A stretch of DNA of 48,727 nt, filler included, from Porpidia crustulata (Eukaryota): NCBI GenBank assembly GCA_964255105.1. It is 2 parts of 2 records of this genome, joined end to end, with 100 filler letters (N's around TTAATTAATTAA, not from the genome) between each part and the next. Parts side by side here need not be neighbours in the genome. Positions count along the whole stretch, not along the records: positions 24,498 to 48,727 come from CAXUWE010000060.1; 1 more part is not named here. The stretch is one strand, 5' to 3'. The notes beneath the pieces are model-generated. The model saw only the letters and a program-made list of their open reading frames with translations, searched no databases and was not told the origin of the DNA. How positions within the stretch are numbered: position 1 is the stretch's first letter; each line of letters begins with the position of its first letter. Position numbers and translations under genes: made by a program. Shown here one piece after another: positions 36,066 to 48,727 of the stretch.

Positions 36066-38130
36066 ATGATTAGGAGCGCAATCAGACAGTCGACACGCTC
36101 GGTCGGCGCAATCTCTGTGACCAGCAGAGCGACAGTGGTGAGCTGGACCTGCCATTGGCCTTGAGTTTGAAGCTCTTTCGAGCTCTTTTATCTGCCCGAT
36201 ATCCTACTCTTTGCCTTACATATTGCTATTCGATTGGCACAGCCGCTCATACGACAAAAAGCTGTAAAATATTGGCTGACAAAACCTGCGTAGACCCGAA
36301 CGGCAACACCCGCGATCTTGACTACCACGCCCGTGCAGACTCGAAGCTATGCCGCCGATGCAAAAGCATCACCTACGGAGGTGTCGTCGATTCTGGAGCA
36401 GAGAATTCGTGGTGTACAAGAGGAAGCTGGTCTTGCCGAGACAGGACGTGTGCTGTCTGTCGGGTATGTGAAGATCGAAGGGGATCCACGGATCAATAGA
36501 AGCGTATGAAAGGGTGAACTGACTCTAGTATTGTCGAATAGAGATGGCATTGCTCGAGTCCATGGCATGAACAATGTTCAGGCTGAAGAGCTTGTGGAGT
36601 AAGTGAAGATAACACCATGAGTCTAGCGCAATTTGCTCATTCACCGACAGGTTCGCCTCTGGTGTCAAAGGCATGTGCATGAACCTTGAGGCTGGTCAGG
36701 TCGGTGTAGTACTTTTCGGCTCCGATCGTCTGGTGAAAGAAGGCGAGACAGTCAAGCGAACCGGTGAAATTGTAGGCAGACTGAATTCCTCAACGCTCGC
36801 TCAGATTTAACGTCGACTAGGTCGATGTCCCTGTCGGCCCCGAGATGCTAGGTCGCGTGGTTGACGCACTCGGGAACCCTATCGATGGAAAGGGCCCGAT
36901 CAAGACTACCGAGAAACGCCGGGCTCAGCTGAAAGCGCCCGGAATCCTGCCTCGACACTCTGTCAATCAGCCAGTGCAGACCGGCCTGAAATCTGTCGAT
37001 GCTATGGTTCCTATTGGGCGTGGGCAGCGTGAATTGATCATTGGTGATCGTCAGACAGGCAAGACTGCGGTGGCTCTCGACGCTATGCTCAATCAGCGAA
37101 GATGGAACAACAGTAATGACGAGACCAAGAAGCTCTACTGTGTTTACGTGGCCGTTGGGCAAAAGCGTTCGACCGTTGCCCAATTGGTTAAAACCCTGGA
37201 GGAGAACGATGCCATGAAATACTCAATCATCGTAGCTGCAACGGCATCCGAAGCCGCCCCTCTACAGTATATTGCACCATTTACAGGGTGTGCTATGGGA
37301 GAATGGTTCCGCGACAATGGGAAGCATGCCGTTATCATCTATGATGATCTTTCTAAGCAAGCTGTGGCCTACCGTCAGATGTCCCTCTTGCTTCGTCGCC
37401 CGCCCGGGCGTGAAGCTTACCCCGGAGAGTAAGTACTCCTAACAAGCCTAAAATCGACTAGCGGTTATGATTTTGTTAACAGCTATGCAGCGTCTTCTAC
37501 TTACACTCCCGTCTGCTCGAACGAGCTGCTAAGCTGAACGACAAGAACGGTGGGGGCTCCTTGACAGCGCTCCCCATCATCGAAACTCAGGGTGGTGATG
37601 TGTCTGCTTATATCCCAACCAACGTCATCTCCATCACCGACGGACAGATTTTCCTCGAAGCTGAGCTGTTCTACAAAGGTGTCCGTCCCGCTATCAACGT
37701 CGGCTTATCTGTTTCCCGTGTCGGGTCCGCCGCCCAACTTAAGGCAATGAAACAAGTTGCTGGTTCATTAAAGCTTTTCTTAGCCCAGTACCGAGAGGTC
37801 GCTGCGTTCGCTCAATTCGGGTCCGATCTGGACGCGGCTACGAAGCAGACCCTCAACCGTGGTGAACGTCTCACGGAATTGCTTAAACAGAAGCAATACC
37901 AGCCTATGGCTGTCAATGAAATGGTGCCCTTGATTTACGCCGGTGTCAATGGACATCTTGACAGCGTTCCAGTGGCAAAGATTCTCCAATGGGAGCAAGA
38001 TTTTCTAAATCACCTGAGGACAAATGAGAGCGAGCTGCTAGCACAGATTGACAAGGAGGGACAGTTGAGCAAGGATCTGGAGGCCAAGGTCAAGGATGCC
38101 GTGCAGTCATTTACCAAAAGCTTTACGTGA
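36066..38130 (+). CDS. ATP1: Mitochondrial F1 ATP synthase subunit alpha (nuclear-encoded)
   Basis: Presequence MIRSAIRQS, Walker [24 protein letters not shown] and [13 protein letters not shown]. Exons 36066-36137, 36294-36463, 36542-36598, 36651-36771, 36821-37428 and 37491-38130. Confidence 0.98.
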
Positions 38131-39388
38131 TTAAGATAGAATGTAAGATATTCGCCCTTGCTAAGAGATCCGAGCCACCTAACAACACGTAGATGTATCA
38201 TAGACAACAGCTCATTTGATCCGCCAGTTCTCTTTTCTTTGCTACTCAACCCCGCGAGATTATCATCCAATCGGTTCAACTATACTATCAAGGGAAAAGC
38301 TACGTAAGGATTGCAATCAGTTGGCGACTTGTACCTAAGACACATTGCACTGTCACCATGAGTATCTGATGTCGTCCAAGCCCCTTGACCTTTGGACGAT
38401 GCTTTCATGTATTACAGATGTTCAAGTGCAACACTCATGAGTCAAATAACCAATCGATGATTTGAGTATCTTGTACACATATCAATGTGAAACTTCGCTA
38501 TAGGCAAGTCGTCTGATGTTCGACTACAACTCCCAATTGGCTCGCAGTCTTCTTCGTCTGTGAAATAGTGCAGGAAAGGCCCTTCGTAGACTAATGTCAT
38601 ATTCAACCCAGCAGATAATCACCTACCTCAGCTAGGTAGAGACGACATACCTTAGTCGTGGGAGTTCATTGAAACTTGGTGTGGTCGAATGGGCCTACCG
38701 ACATAGATTCCTTCTGAATCTTATCTAGCACCCTGGATTCGGTTGGGTCAGGTGATTTGGACAAAATGCGACGGGTGAATTGACGGACTTAAGCGCTATG
38801 AGCTACTCTCCTAGTGTGGTTGTGTGATTACTGGAGCTTTGGTCGGTCTAAAGTAGGCAGTCACGCAGTGCACTTTCTCACCTGAATGCATGCTCTGATA
38901 TATCGCAATTAAAACCTTTGCTCTACTCACGCCTGCAGTGAATCTCATCCCGCCGTATGTTGCCTTTGTCAGCCTCTTGCTGATCCCCGGTCTACTGCAG
39001 AGCTGTATACCGTATAAGAATCCCACTCCTGGTCCAATTCGACGACTTTTCCATGAACATCAATGATTCACTCTACCGACAACTCTTGATTTCAAAGCAA
39101 TTCTCGGCGCATCCGCGTAAGAAATTCGACTTGACCTAACAACAGCGCCCCAAACCCACTCCGTTGTTCGTCACCCGCCTACAGCGCACGCCACGAATCT
39201 ACAACGTGAAAAGGCTATATTAAGGATATCAAGGCTCAGTGGCGGAGAGAATTTGATCTACACAGAGTCCCTCGACAATTTTCCCATCGGTCAAATCGTC
39301 CTTGTACATCTGTACACTCGCAAAACTCGAGTCTTGCTCGTAAACGTCAGACTTTACCAATATTCAGTCCGCTACTTCATCCTACACA

Positions 39389-42118
39389 ATGCCTCTTACT
39401 TCTCCATCTGTGACGACTTCTAGTAACTCGCCCGATGGAAATTTTCGAGTTGTTCGAAAGAGAAACAGAGTCCCATTATCATGCGCTCCTTGCAGGAATA
39501 GAAAGTAAGGAATACCCATGACCCATGACATGTTAGACTTCTCTTTGAAGCATTTAGATTGCTGACTACATATCTGTAGGCTCAAGTGCAATCGATCGCA
39601 ACCATGTGACAACTGTATCAAAAGGGGAGATGCGATATCGTGTTCCTATGCCGCTCCGGGAAGTCGGAAAAAACAATCTGCATCCTCTCAATCTAGTAGT
39701 TCTCCCGACGATATGCAAAATCGTATTGACCGCCTAGAAGGGCTGGTTCTTTCGCTGATGACGAATGGCTCGCAGTCTGCTGGTGTCGCAGCGGCAACGC
39801 GCGCATTGTCTATGAGTAATAGTACAGGATCCATGGAATATCCTCAAGATGTTGATATTGATGGGAACAATGAGATTAATGGTCATGTGAAAGGGGAGGG
39901 CGAAGAAGTCGAAAGTGAGACGGATCGTGTTGCTCAATCCCTGGGAATAATGAAGGTCATGGACAACAAGTCGTTGTACTATGGAGATGCTCACTGGGCG
40001 ACTGTCTTGAGCGACATTGCGGAAGTCAAGAATTACTTTCACGAGCATAAGAAGCAGCTTGATGAGCAGATGGAAAAGGTCCAGAAGTCCAAGACGGGCG
40101 AAGATTCAGCACCGCAAGGACCGATATTCCTATTCGGTGGATCCAAACCCCCCGAGTATCCGGACTTACTCGCGGCTCTTCCCAATAAAGTCGTAAGTGA
40201 CAAGCTTGTGCAAAGATACTTTAACTCATATGATCCTGCTGTTCATATCTTACATCCTCCGTCCTGGTATAGACAGTACGAGAGACATTGGAAAGATCCC
40301 AGCAGAACTGGACCGGTTTGGCTTGGTCAAATTTTCGCAATTCTGTGCCTCACCATGCATTCGTACAATACAATGAACGACGAGCCTCCAGAGTACCGCG
40401 GGAAATCTCTCAATCTAGCTGCCCAGTATCAATCACTTACTGCCCAGTGTCTACTTCTGGCAGACTTTACCAAGCCTGTCAACCACATGATTGAAACCCT
40501 GGTCCTGCATTTACAGGGAGAGTACACGAGGAACAGGGATGGAGAAGTTGGCGCATGGGTTACTGTGGGGATGATTGTGCGCCTTGCTATGCGCATGGGC
40601 TATCACCGAGATCCCAAGTATTTCCCTAATATCACGCCTTTCCAGGGCGAGATCCGAAGACGTGTGTGGACATATGTTCGGCAGTCGGACCTCCTCTTCT
40701 CTTTCCAGATTGGACTGCCAACTATGATTCGGCTTCGAGACTGCGATACTGGGCTTCCTCGAAACATTTATGACGATGAATTCGATGAAGATACAAGGAT
40801 TCTTCCACTTCCTAGATCTATGTCTGAGCCTACACCGATTTCGTACATGATTGCGAAATCATCAATGGTGTTTGCTTTTGGCAAGGTCATTGAGAGCCTA
40901 CATTCAACTTCTGCCTGCCCTTATGAAGCAGTTATGTCATTAGACCAGGATCTAAGAGATGCTCGGGCCCAGATACCTACCCATCTTCGCCTGAAAACAA
41001 TAGAAGAATCTAATTCAGATCCAGGAACGCTGATTCTACAGCGTTTTAATCTCTCTATGCTCTACCATAAAGGTCAATGCGTCCTGCACCGAAAGTTTCT
41101 CACTCGAGCCCGTGAAAACAACAAGTACGCTCATTCTCGCAGAACCTGCATAGACTCCTCGATGGAGCTCCTCCACCATCAAGCCACGCTTACCTCCGAG
41201 TCACGCCCTGGTCGCCGCCTCCATGGCATGAGAGTATTTATTAATTCGCTCGCGAGCCGGGATTTTTTACTCGCTGCTGTGATAGTCTGCCTTGACCTTG
41301 CTTACCCGTGTGAAGAAGATTGTACCGGCCGAAGCTCGACTGACATTTACACATGGGGATCGGAGCGGCGCGATGATATGATACGTGCACTTGAAGTGTC
41401 GAAAGACGTTTTCAAGGAAACGAAAGATAAGTCGATGGATTCCTACAAGGCATTCGAAATTCTTGGCGTCATGCTCGAAAAGTTGAAATTGCAACGGAAT
41501 CAGAAGAACAATCGTGTACCGCAAGGCATGTTCCCCGGGTTTGCCGGTGCGTCGATTCCTGGACATGACAGCTCGGCAGCATTTGGGCAACGAGCGGAAG
41601 AAAAGCCAGAACACTCTGCAGCTATGACACTTGGAATGCTCAGCAACGGTGGAATGACACCGAACTCGGCAGCTATATTCAATGGAGCATACCCTATTGG
41701 TTTAGGCAATAACGCCAGTATGAGCGAGATGCAACCCTCTGGGCTAGCGCCAAATTATCAATTAGAGCAAATAGCAAACAGCGTCGCGTCAGCGCCGAGC
41801 CCATTTTCTTTCTTCGCAAATACCAATTCGATGGTTGATGTATCTTCGGCGAACCTGGACTGGGTAGGCAGAATCTCCACCTTCGTCATCGCCTCAGGCT
41901 AATGCTTTGTCGCACAGGAGCAATGGGATTCATACATTCAAAATGTGACTCTCGACCCAAATACCCAAGCATGGCCCAGTAGTATGGATGTACCTACTTT
42001 CATTCCACCGCTGGATGGGCAAGAGCGGCGTTCTCCACTCCCACAAGCAAATGCTTTCAGTGGTGGAGGTGGAGTTTTCATGGGTGTCAGCACTCCGCCT
42101 GGTAACGTTCCGATGTGA
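39389..42118 (+). CDS. Zn(II)2Cys6 transcription factor with fungal-specific middle homology domain
   Basis: CAPCRNRK|LKCNRSQPCDNCIKRGDAISC spans intron 39505-39579. Coiled coil RIDRLEGLV, and AMRMGYHRDP...EIRRRVW. Second intron 41864-41917, stop at 42118. Confidence 0.93.
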
Positions 42119-42697
42119 GATGTTGCCGTCGATGTCCCTACGGCACGTGATGTCTTACGAAATGATGGCGTATATTGAGTGGGCTGGCGATGGGCGCTTT
42201 GATTTCAGCGCAGGATGGATACCACTCAACTTTGTTGAAAAACACATGGAGCCTAGTTGAGCGGGCATAGCAACGTGGAAACGGTTTGCCACTTGGTCAT
42301 GGAACAATATTCGCTACCATATAATGAACTGTCTCTTCATCATTGAATCCGGTTGGACTCTTACGAGAATCCTGGTCCTTTTGTAATGTACTCATCACGT
42401 GTAAAACACAAAATTTGGAGGATATACAATTCGTCGCTGGTGCTTTGAGCGAAGCCACTGTGAACATCCTAAAATGCATCAGTCTCAACAACATACTTGC
42501 GAAGTTGATCTACGTTTCACATAAATTGCAGTTGTACAGACGGAGAGGGCTTTAGTCGGAGCTAAGAAGACCGCTTCCTGTAAACAAAACCCGTTGTTTA
42601 CAGCAACCGAATTCATCCCACTTCACGTCCCTCGATTCCATTTATTCCGCATTTCTCTCTCATCAAATCGCTGACTCCGTTTCCACGTAGGACGTGT

Positions 42698-44631
42698 ATG
42701 ACAAACATGTCTTCTCTCAAAAGCATCTACCAGAGCTTCCTGGCGAAGCCTAGTGCTTCTGCTGTGACTGATACCGCCTCCCTCAACTATATTACCACTC
42801 TTACTACGATAAATACTGCTGTGGCCATAGCGAAACATTTCGCGGCGCAGGAACAAGTCTTGAAAAAGAAGCAAGAGAAGATTCTTAGTGCTATCGAGAG
42901 CGAAGATTCTGTTGTGCTGGATGTTGAGACAACCTTAGAATTTATGGAAGGCGGTGGTGCTTATTTGCCGGGCCTAGATGATAATTTCTTGTCTGATCGA
43001 ATCGTGACCTTCCCGATGGTAAGGAATATAAGCATCTAGCCTATGATCTTCGCTGACGGCTTGTCTCCCGCATAGATTCACATCGTTAACTTCGAAGGAA
43101 GGCGTATCCAACAGATTCGCCTTTACTGGGACCAAGGTTCACTTCTTAAATTGGTTGACGTGATAGGCTCTCGAGCGAAGAACTGGCCAATTCGAGATGG
43201 CAAAGACCAGGCCCGCCTGATTGCTTCTAGCGCTGCAAATATGTCTCAAGGCAACGCAGCTGCGCAGCCTACCTCAAAAAATATTTCTCGCGATCCAAGC
43301 GATACGGTTATCATTAGCAAGCTTACAGAATCAAGGCAAAATGTTACAGGCGATCCTCATGCTAGCCTATCTCTATTTGGTCCCCGAGACGACAACTCCG
43401 CCAATGCCCCTAGAGCAATGGCCCCTCGTGGCTCGGCTAAGCCCCCGCCCCGAGATTATCATGACCTTTTTGTAGGTGATGGATCCCTAGACGAGCCTTC
43501 ACCAAAAAAAGAGAACAGACCAAGAGCACAAAGCCAGAAGGCAAAATCAGCGAAGCCGCCGCCAAGGGATTATCACGATCTGTTCGTTGGTAATGAATCC
43601 GATGCGTCACCAGCGTCTAAGGAGAGGCCAGTCNNNNNNNNNNCCAAAAGCCTGGTCATGTTGCGCCCAAAGGAGGGGCTGGGAAGAACTATCAACCTTC
43701 GCGGCTTTTTGATATAGGCGACACACCACCGGGAACGCCCAAATCTCCAAGCAAGGATACCTACATTAAGCCTCATCCCACCAAATACAAGCACTTCGAT
43801 ATGGCGGGAGGTGAAGAAGAGACCAGCCAGCAGCAGTCTCCCGCGAAAGCTAGGGCTAAGCCTCAATCGCAATTGGATCTTGGGGAACATCTCAACGCCC
43901 CAGATAAACCCATCAAGAACCCCCGCAACCAAGAAGTCCGCCATTTCGGCTGGGGCGACGACGATGTCAACGTTGATAGTCCCGCAAAGCATCCCAGCAT
44001 CGCTCACGCCCGCCCAGATGCGAATGCAAGCTTCGATTTCCAAGATGATGGCACCCCAGGCGAGAAGAGACGTCCAGCCGGGCAGCCTCGGGGCAAAGGC
44101 GTAAACAATGGATTAGGACTTTACCAGAATAACCTCTACGATGACACAGAGCTGCCTCCAAGCCCGAAGAAGAACCAGCCTCTGAGCACAGTGACGAATC
44201 TCAAGGAACGAAGCAAGGATTTTGACGCTAAATGGGGCATGGCTGACGCGACCCCAGCCTTGACTGACCGCACAAAACAGGACAAGCCAGCCTCATTGAC
44301 GAAGACTAGATCCACGCAGCCGGTAAAGCCCGAACCTGATGATGATGAGTTCCAACACTTTGCCCCACCGAAAACCCAAGCTCAATCCACCACCAGTGGC
44401 CATCCTGCGTCGCGCGACCAAGAGAACGTTGCTTTTTCTCCTAGCAATGACAGACCCCTGGGTGTCAAACATGGCGGCGACGGTATGGGTGGGAAAAAGG
44501 GCAGTGTAAGAACGTGGGGTTTCGGGGATGATAGTGACGAAGACGGTATTGGGGGAGGCAACAGCGGGAAATTCGTAGCGGGGAAGAAGCAACAAGCACC
44601 GGCGGCGAATGCTGGTCTCTGGGACTACTAG
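42698..44631 (+). CDS. Conserved fungal protein with N-terminal NTF2-like domain and long disordered repeat-containing tail
   Basis: GGGAYLPGLDDNFL and QQIRLYWDQGSLLK motifs, intron 43019-43075. The apparent frameshift coincides with the 10-N gap at 43634-43643. The start may be 42698 or 42707. Confidence 0.8.
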
Positions 44632-45142
44632 AACAGGCGCCGGACACTCATTCCTCAGGGTTGTCGTAAAAGATGATGGCATGAATTTATGGGATGTGGA
44701 CTGGATGTTTCTACGTGAGAAGGCACTGCTAGGGGGTTTGTGTGTTCGGCCAGGTCCTGCGGTTTTTCCTTATGCCTTAATGTACTCCTATCGGTAACAA
44801 CCGGGGCCTCTCCTTACGAGGGACGGCGAGTCGCTGTCTTGTCCCTGATGTTGGTAGACTTATGTATGAAATGTATGCTAGTTTGAAGAATCTGCTCTTC
44901 AAAGGAATTTTTGACCCGCAAGATTGGCCAAGATTGAAGCAATTTGGTGATGTAGCGGATTGGAATTTTCAAGATCTGACTGCCATGGCTTGCATGGGTA
45001 AATTGATATTTGGTGCTCGTGGAGCTGGCATCTCTCCCGAAAACAGATAGGCAGGGTAGGTAGGCCCAATGTACACTGGCGTCTGAGTCACGAGTCAACA
45101 ATTTCTTACAGACCTTCATTTTTTCCTGACTTTGGATTGCTC

Positions 45143-46438
45143 ATGGCTTCTTTCTTTAATCTCCCTCGGGAAATCCGAGATGAGATCTGGGCTACGATCT
45201 TGCAGAGTGACAACGACTCGCTTCCGTATGGATTTCAGCACAGGGTCAATATCAAGGGCAGGCAGAGGACATCTCCGTTCAGAATCCTTCAAACCAGTCG
45301 ACGTTTCTGCGATGAGGCTGCCCCCTACCTCTATGAAAATACAGCGATTCACCTGTTGCATCCGTATCAGGCCCTTCGCTGGATCCTGACCATTGGACCT
45401 CTTAATGCCTCATATGTTCGCCACCTGGTGTTGAAGTTTACTTCGTTAGAGATTAAGGACTCCAAGGACAAATACAATGCCCTTGATATTTGGCACCGCT
45501 GTCTACGGCTGTTGAAAAATCTTGTTCGCATTACATTTGACTATGAACCCTATACGATTCCTTATAATCCGGCAAAATGCTGTTACAACATGGATGCTGA
45601 TTTGCCAATTTTCGATAACGCGATGGTCAACATGCTCAAAACTTTTACTAGCTCAATAAAACCCGAAAACATGCTCTCTTCTTCTGTGCGAGGATACCAT
45701 GTTGATAAGGATATGCTTCAATTTCGCCCCGAATTAAGACACAAGACCATCACGCACGCCGCCATTGCCATAGACGAGCCAATGCCGTACGTCTTGATTT
45801 TATCATTCATCAAGCTCATCAAGCGGGACAGTCATCGCACAATCTCGAGCACGGACGGCATTACGTGCCTTCCGACGTCCTTCCTTGCGCAACGCGGATT
45901 TGTCCTGTCTCGGACATACACCTTTACCGAGGATCCAGAGAAGCCTTCTATGGTTGTTACATACCGCAAGCTAGATGCGGCGTTGCATATCCCAACCTCC
46001 CCCAATCCTAGGGTTGATACCTTACTTTCTCACCTTCCCAAACTCCTATATCTCCGCCTCGGATGCCGCTTCACGAACTCATCGTTCTTGACAATTGTAC
46101 CATCCACTATTCAGACGCTTGATGTTGCTTTTACTGATCCGGACCCGGAGAGAGTAGCTGCCAATATTCAAAGCATGGGCCAGCGCTGCGAGCAACTCTA
46201 TACCCTAGCTATCGCTGTGTCGCCGCTGCATGATGCCTTGGTTTTGAGTAAGCCCGCTGAGCGCAACCAGAAGCCTTTGGATTATCAAGGGTCTGATCTG
46301 GTGGACACGGTCAAATGGGAACCGTTCTGGCAGGCGACAAGGCACCTCCAGAATACCGGGGTGCGGGTCTGGGAGGGTGAAGGTCCAGGTTTTAGAAGGG
46401 TTGACAGACAGGTATCTGCAAACGTCCCAGAATTATAA
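45143..46438 (+). CDS. Hypothetical protein with F-box-like N-terminus
   Basis: Intronless 431-aa ORF. It begins FFNLPREIRDEIW and contains ILQTSRRFCDEAAPYLY, WILTIGPLNASYVRHL and leucine-patterned segments (LPKLLYLRLG, IQTLDV). Confidence 0.75.
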   Translation: MASFFNLPREIRDEIWATILQSDNDSLPYGFQHRVNIKGRQRTSPFRILQTSRRFCDEAAPYLYENTAIHLLHPYQALRWILTIGPLNASYVRHLVLKFTSLEIKDSKDKYNALDIWHRCLRLLKNLVRITFDYEPYTIPYNPAKCCYNMDADLPIFDNAMVNMLKTFTSSIKPENMLSSSVRGYHVDKDMLQFRPELRHKTITHAAIAIDEPMPYVLILSFIKLIKRDSHRTISSTDGITCLPTSFLAQRGFVLSRTYTFTEDPEKPSMVVTYRKLDAALHIPTSPNPRVDTLLSHLPKLLYLRLGCRFTNSSFLTIVPSTIQTLDVAFTDPDPERVAANIQSMGQRCEQLYTLAIAVSPLHDALVLSKPAERNQKPLDYQGSDLVDTVKWEPFWQATRHLQNTGVRVWEGEGPGFRRVDRQVSANVPEL

Positions 46439-46883
46439 ATTGCAGTTGCTTCCTACCCATCGTCTGGGTGCTGGATCATCATCGAGCTCAGAACCACTCA
46501 TCTTCGATTACGGCTCGATGAGACTCTACAATTAGACTTTCTTCTCTGCGGGTCCATTCTGCCACTATAAAATATCAACCAAAGCTTTTGTTCCGCTTGG
46601 GAATACACCTAGTCAACAGTAAGTTCTGTTTAGTTCTTGTCGAAAATTTCCCCTATGTACAGGAATGATGACTAGAACTTCAAGAACGATAAGCCTGATT
46701 TCTATGAAGCAGAATATTTACAAGCTCATCGGTCTGACCAGCACTAACTGTTACTATGATCGGGAGCAAGTTACTCAGCGGCTGATAAGGCTAACTTTTC
46801 TACTTTTCTCAGCTAGCTCTACATAAGAGGTATAGCCGACGTGATATACTATCACGGTGTGCTCTTTCTACGTTGACAGAGCC

Positions 46884-48125
46884 TTATATCGGAACAGTCA
46901 ACGGACACATAGTCGAGGCACCACCGTCTACGACCAGATTTGCACCGGTCATGTAGCTACTGAAACCGCTTGCTAAGAAACCTGCCACTCGGGCCACTTC
47001 AGTTGGCATACCTGCTCGCTCCAAGCCGATATGTGATTTCTGGGACTGTCGGCAGGCGGCGTTAGTCCTTCATGAAAGCTAAAACATCAGAATCAATTTT
47101 ATGTACCTCTCTCGATTGCAGATTGGCCGGTGGTAGCTGAGCCGCCATGCCCCGCATGTCAAAGCTCTTGAGATCGACTCCGACATCAATCTGTCCTGGG
47201 GATATGCAGTTCATTCGTACCCCAGAGCCTGCAAATAGACTGTCAATCTTGCTGACCTATTAGACATGTGAGCGAGGCTCTTCTCACCTTTCAAGACCGC
47301 TACACCCGCCCGTACCACGCCCAGCGCCGCGTGTGAGCTCATCGTGTAACAAGGGCCCCAACATCCTGGGGAATCGCTTGATTCAGTAACAAGTCCCTTT
47401 CGGCCACGATGTCTATCATAGAAGCCGAAACTCCCATACTCATTCTTCACCACCACCACCACTCACCTCCATAAGTACTTGCCACACTACTGACAACAAC
47501 AATACTCCCATACCGCTGGTCTTTCATCGCCGCATTCGGATAATTCCCCTTGGTCTCCAGCAGCTTCCCCATTGCCGGCGGCGCATATTTGAGAGCAAAA
47601 AATGGCGCCAGACTGTTTGCCTCATAGCATTTCTGCAGATCCGCTGGCGTCGTCATGTCAATCGAAGGCGGGCCTAGCAGGCCAGACGAACACACCCAGA
47701 CGTCTAGGCGGCCCCAAGCGTTGAGAACATCATCTATGAGCGTCAAGGTATCCTGCTCATTGGAAGGCGCGAGAGGGTAAGGGATGATCTTGGTATTCGG
47801 GGAGATCTTGGCAAGAGAGGACGCAAGAGTATCTATGGACGAGGAAAGTGGAGAGTGGTCGCACGCTTCGTTCGAAGGTCAGCGTTTGCAACAAGGCCGG
47901 TCTCTGTACAGACCGTAAATGCAGGCCGCGCCGTGAGCCGCAAGCTCCACCACGATGGCCTGCCCGATCGGCTGCGTCGCGCCCGTCACCACGCAGATGA
48001 AGCCGTACTACCCTCACATCCTCGCCAGTCAGAAAAAGGCAACCCCCTGCGACGTGGAAAGGACAGGTGGACATTACCAGCTTGCCGTCCGAACGATACG
48101 GCGAAAATGGAGACGAGTCGTCCAT
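46884..48125 (-). CDS. Short-chain dehydrogenase/reductase-fold protein with atypical motifs
   Basis: Exons 48125-48078, 48007-47914, 47865-47467, 47365-47288, 47228-47107 and 47045-46884. Motifs VVTGATQPIG, WGRLDVWV, GSIVVVSSVA, GVRMNCISPG and SYMTGANLVVDGG. Confidence 0.9.
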
Positions 48126-48727
48126 ATTTGCGGACGTTTGGCGAGGATCTTTCCTCAAAGAATGTGTCAAAGATGAAGTCTAGGGAAGGAATTGAAAGTT
48201 TAGAATCCGAATGACGCGACAATATACAAACCGGGGAAGCTGCAGCTCTAGCCGCATAGCACCCTTCGATCTTCTTCCGCCATTGGATGAAAAATACTTT
48301 GGATCTGAGGGGGTTTTTCGTGTATCTCCATGGTTGGGCGCTTTCTTTTTTGTGTTCTCCACGGAGGTGGCGCGCCGATAAGGAATTTGATTATCTAAGC
48401 GATTTGAGGTTCTCGACCCGGCAACGAGCCAGTACTCCTAGGCTTAGGGTTGGAATGTGATGGTAACCCTAACCCTAGGTATCGTTGCTGGCTCCGCTGG
48501 GTAAATATGAGTAACCAGGCCGCGCCGACTGAGCTTTTCGTCTCGTAGCCTATCACGCCTGGAGGGGGCGATTGAAGTATGCCATAATCAATCACCAAAT
48601 CACCAAATCACCCAATCCTCAAAGCTGACTGAGAACAGCGATTCGGTAGACAATAAAGTTTGCACTCGTACTATATAGAGATTTTGAACCCGTGGTGTGA
48701 AGCGTGTATAGATGGGTGGGGATGAGT

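Noticed and set aside
43634..43643. Frameshift in the NTF2-like gene
   Set aside because: It coincides with a 10-N placeholder gap of unknown true length; both sides read as continuous coding sequence.
39389..48125. Secondary-metabolite cluster around the Zn2Cys6 factor and the SDR
   Set aside because: There is no backbone enzyme or transporter, and the neighbours are housekeeping genes.
1..48727. CRISPR arrays, rRNA or prokaryotic operons
   Set aside because: None seen; the sequence is intron-containing fungal nuclear DNA.

Overview
Eukaryotic DNA from a filamentous ascomycete (Pezizomycotina-type genes with short GT-AG introns). The window is two contigs joined by an artificial 100-nt spacer (N44-TTAATTAATTAA-N44, 24398-24497), so the halves should not be treated as neighbours. 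The left contig carries a PAS hybrid histidine kinase (3' end off the window), an MNN2-type mannosyltransferase, and a head-to-head pair of a SEL1-repeat chitin synthase activator and a class IV chitin synthase. Between the mannosyltransferase and the activator lies an ~8 kb island (~6.95-15.1 kb) with no intact recognisable gene. It contains a stop-riddled minus-strand remnant with three C2H2-like repeats resembling the C-terminus of DUF3435 (Starship captain) tyrosine recombinases, a disrupted PD-(D/E)XK-like gene with an AT-hook, and other decayed ORFs. This island is the best candidate for something novel: a possible derelict Starship-like element. The right contig is a dense housekeeping block: RPS15, SPT2, RPP2, NAD(P)HX dehydratase, dipeptidyl aminopeptidase B, RPB7, tRNA-Thr(CGT), a DUF962 protein, ATP1, a Zn2Cys6 transcription factor, an NTF2-like protein, an F-box-like orphan and an atypical SDR. 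Exon boundaries were worked out by eye and family calls come from motif recognition; no searches were run.
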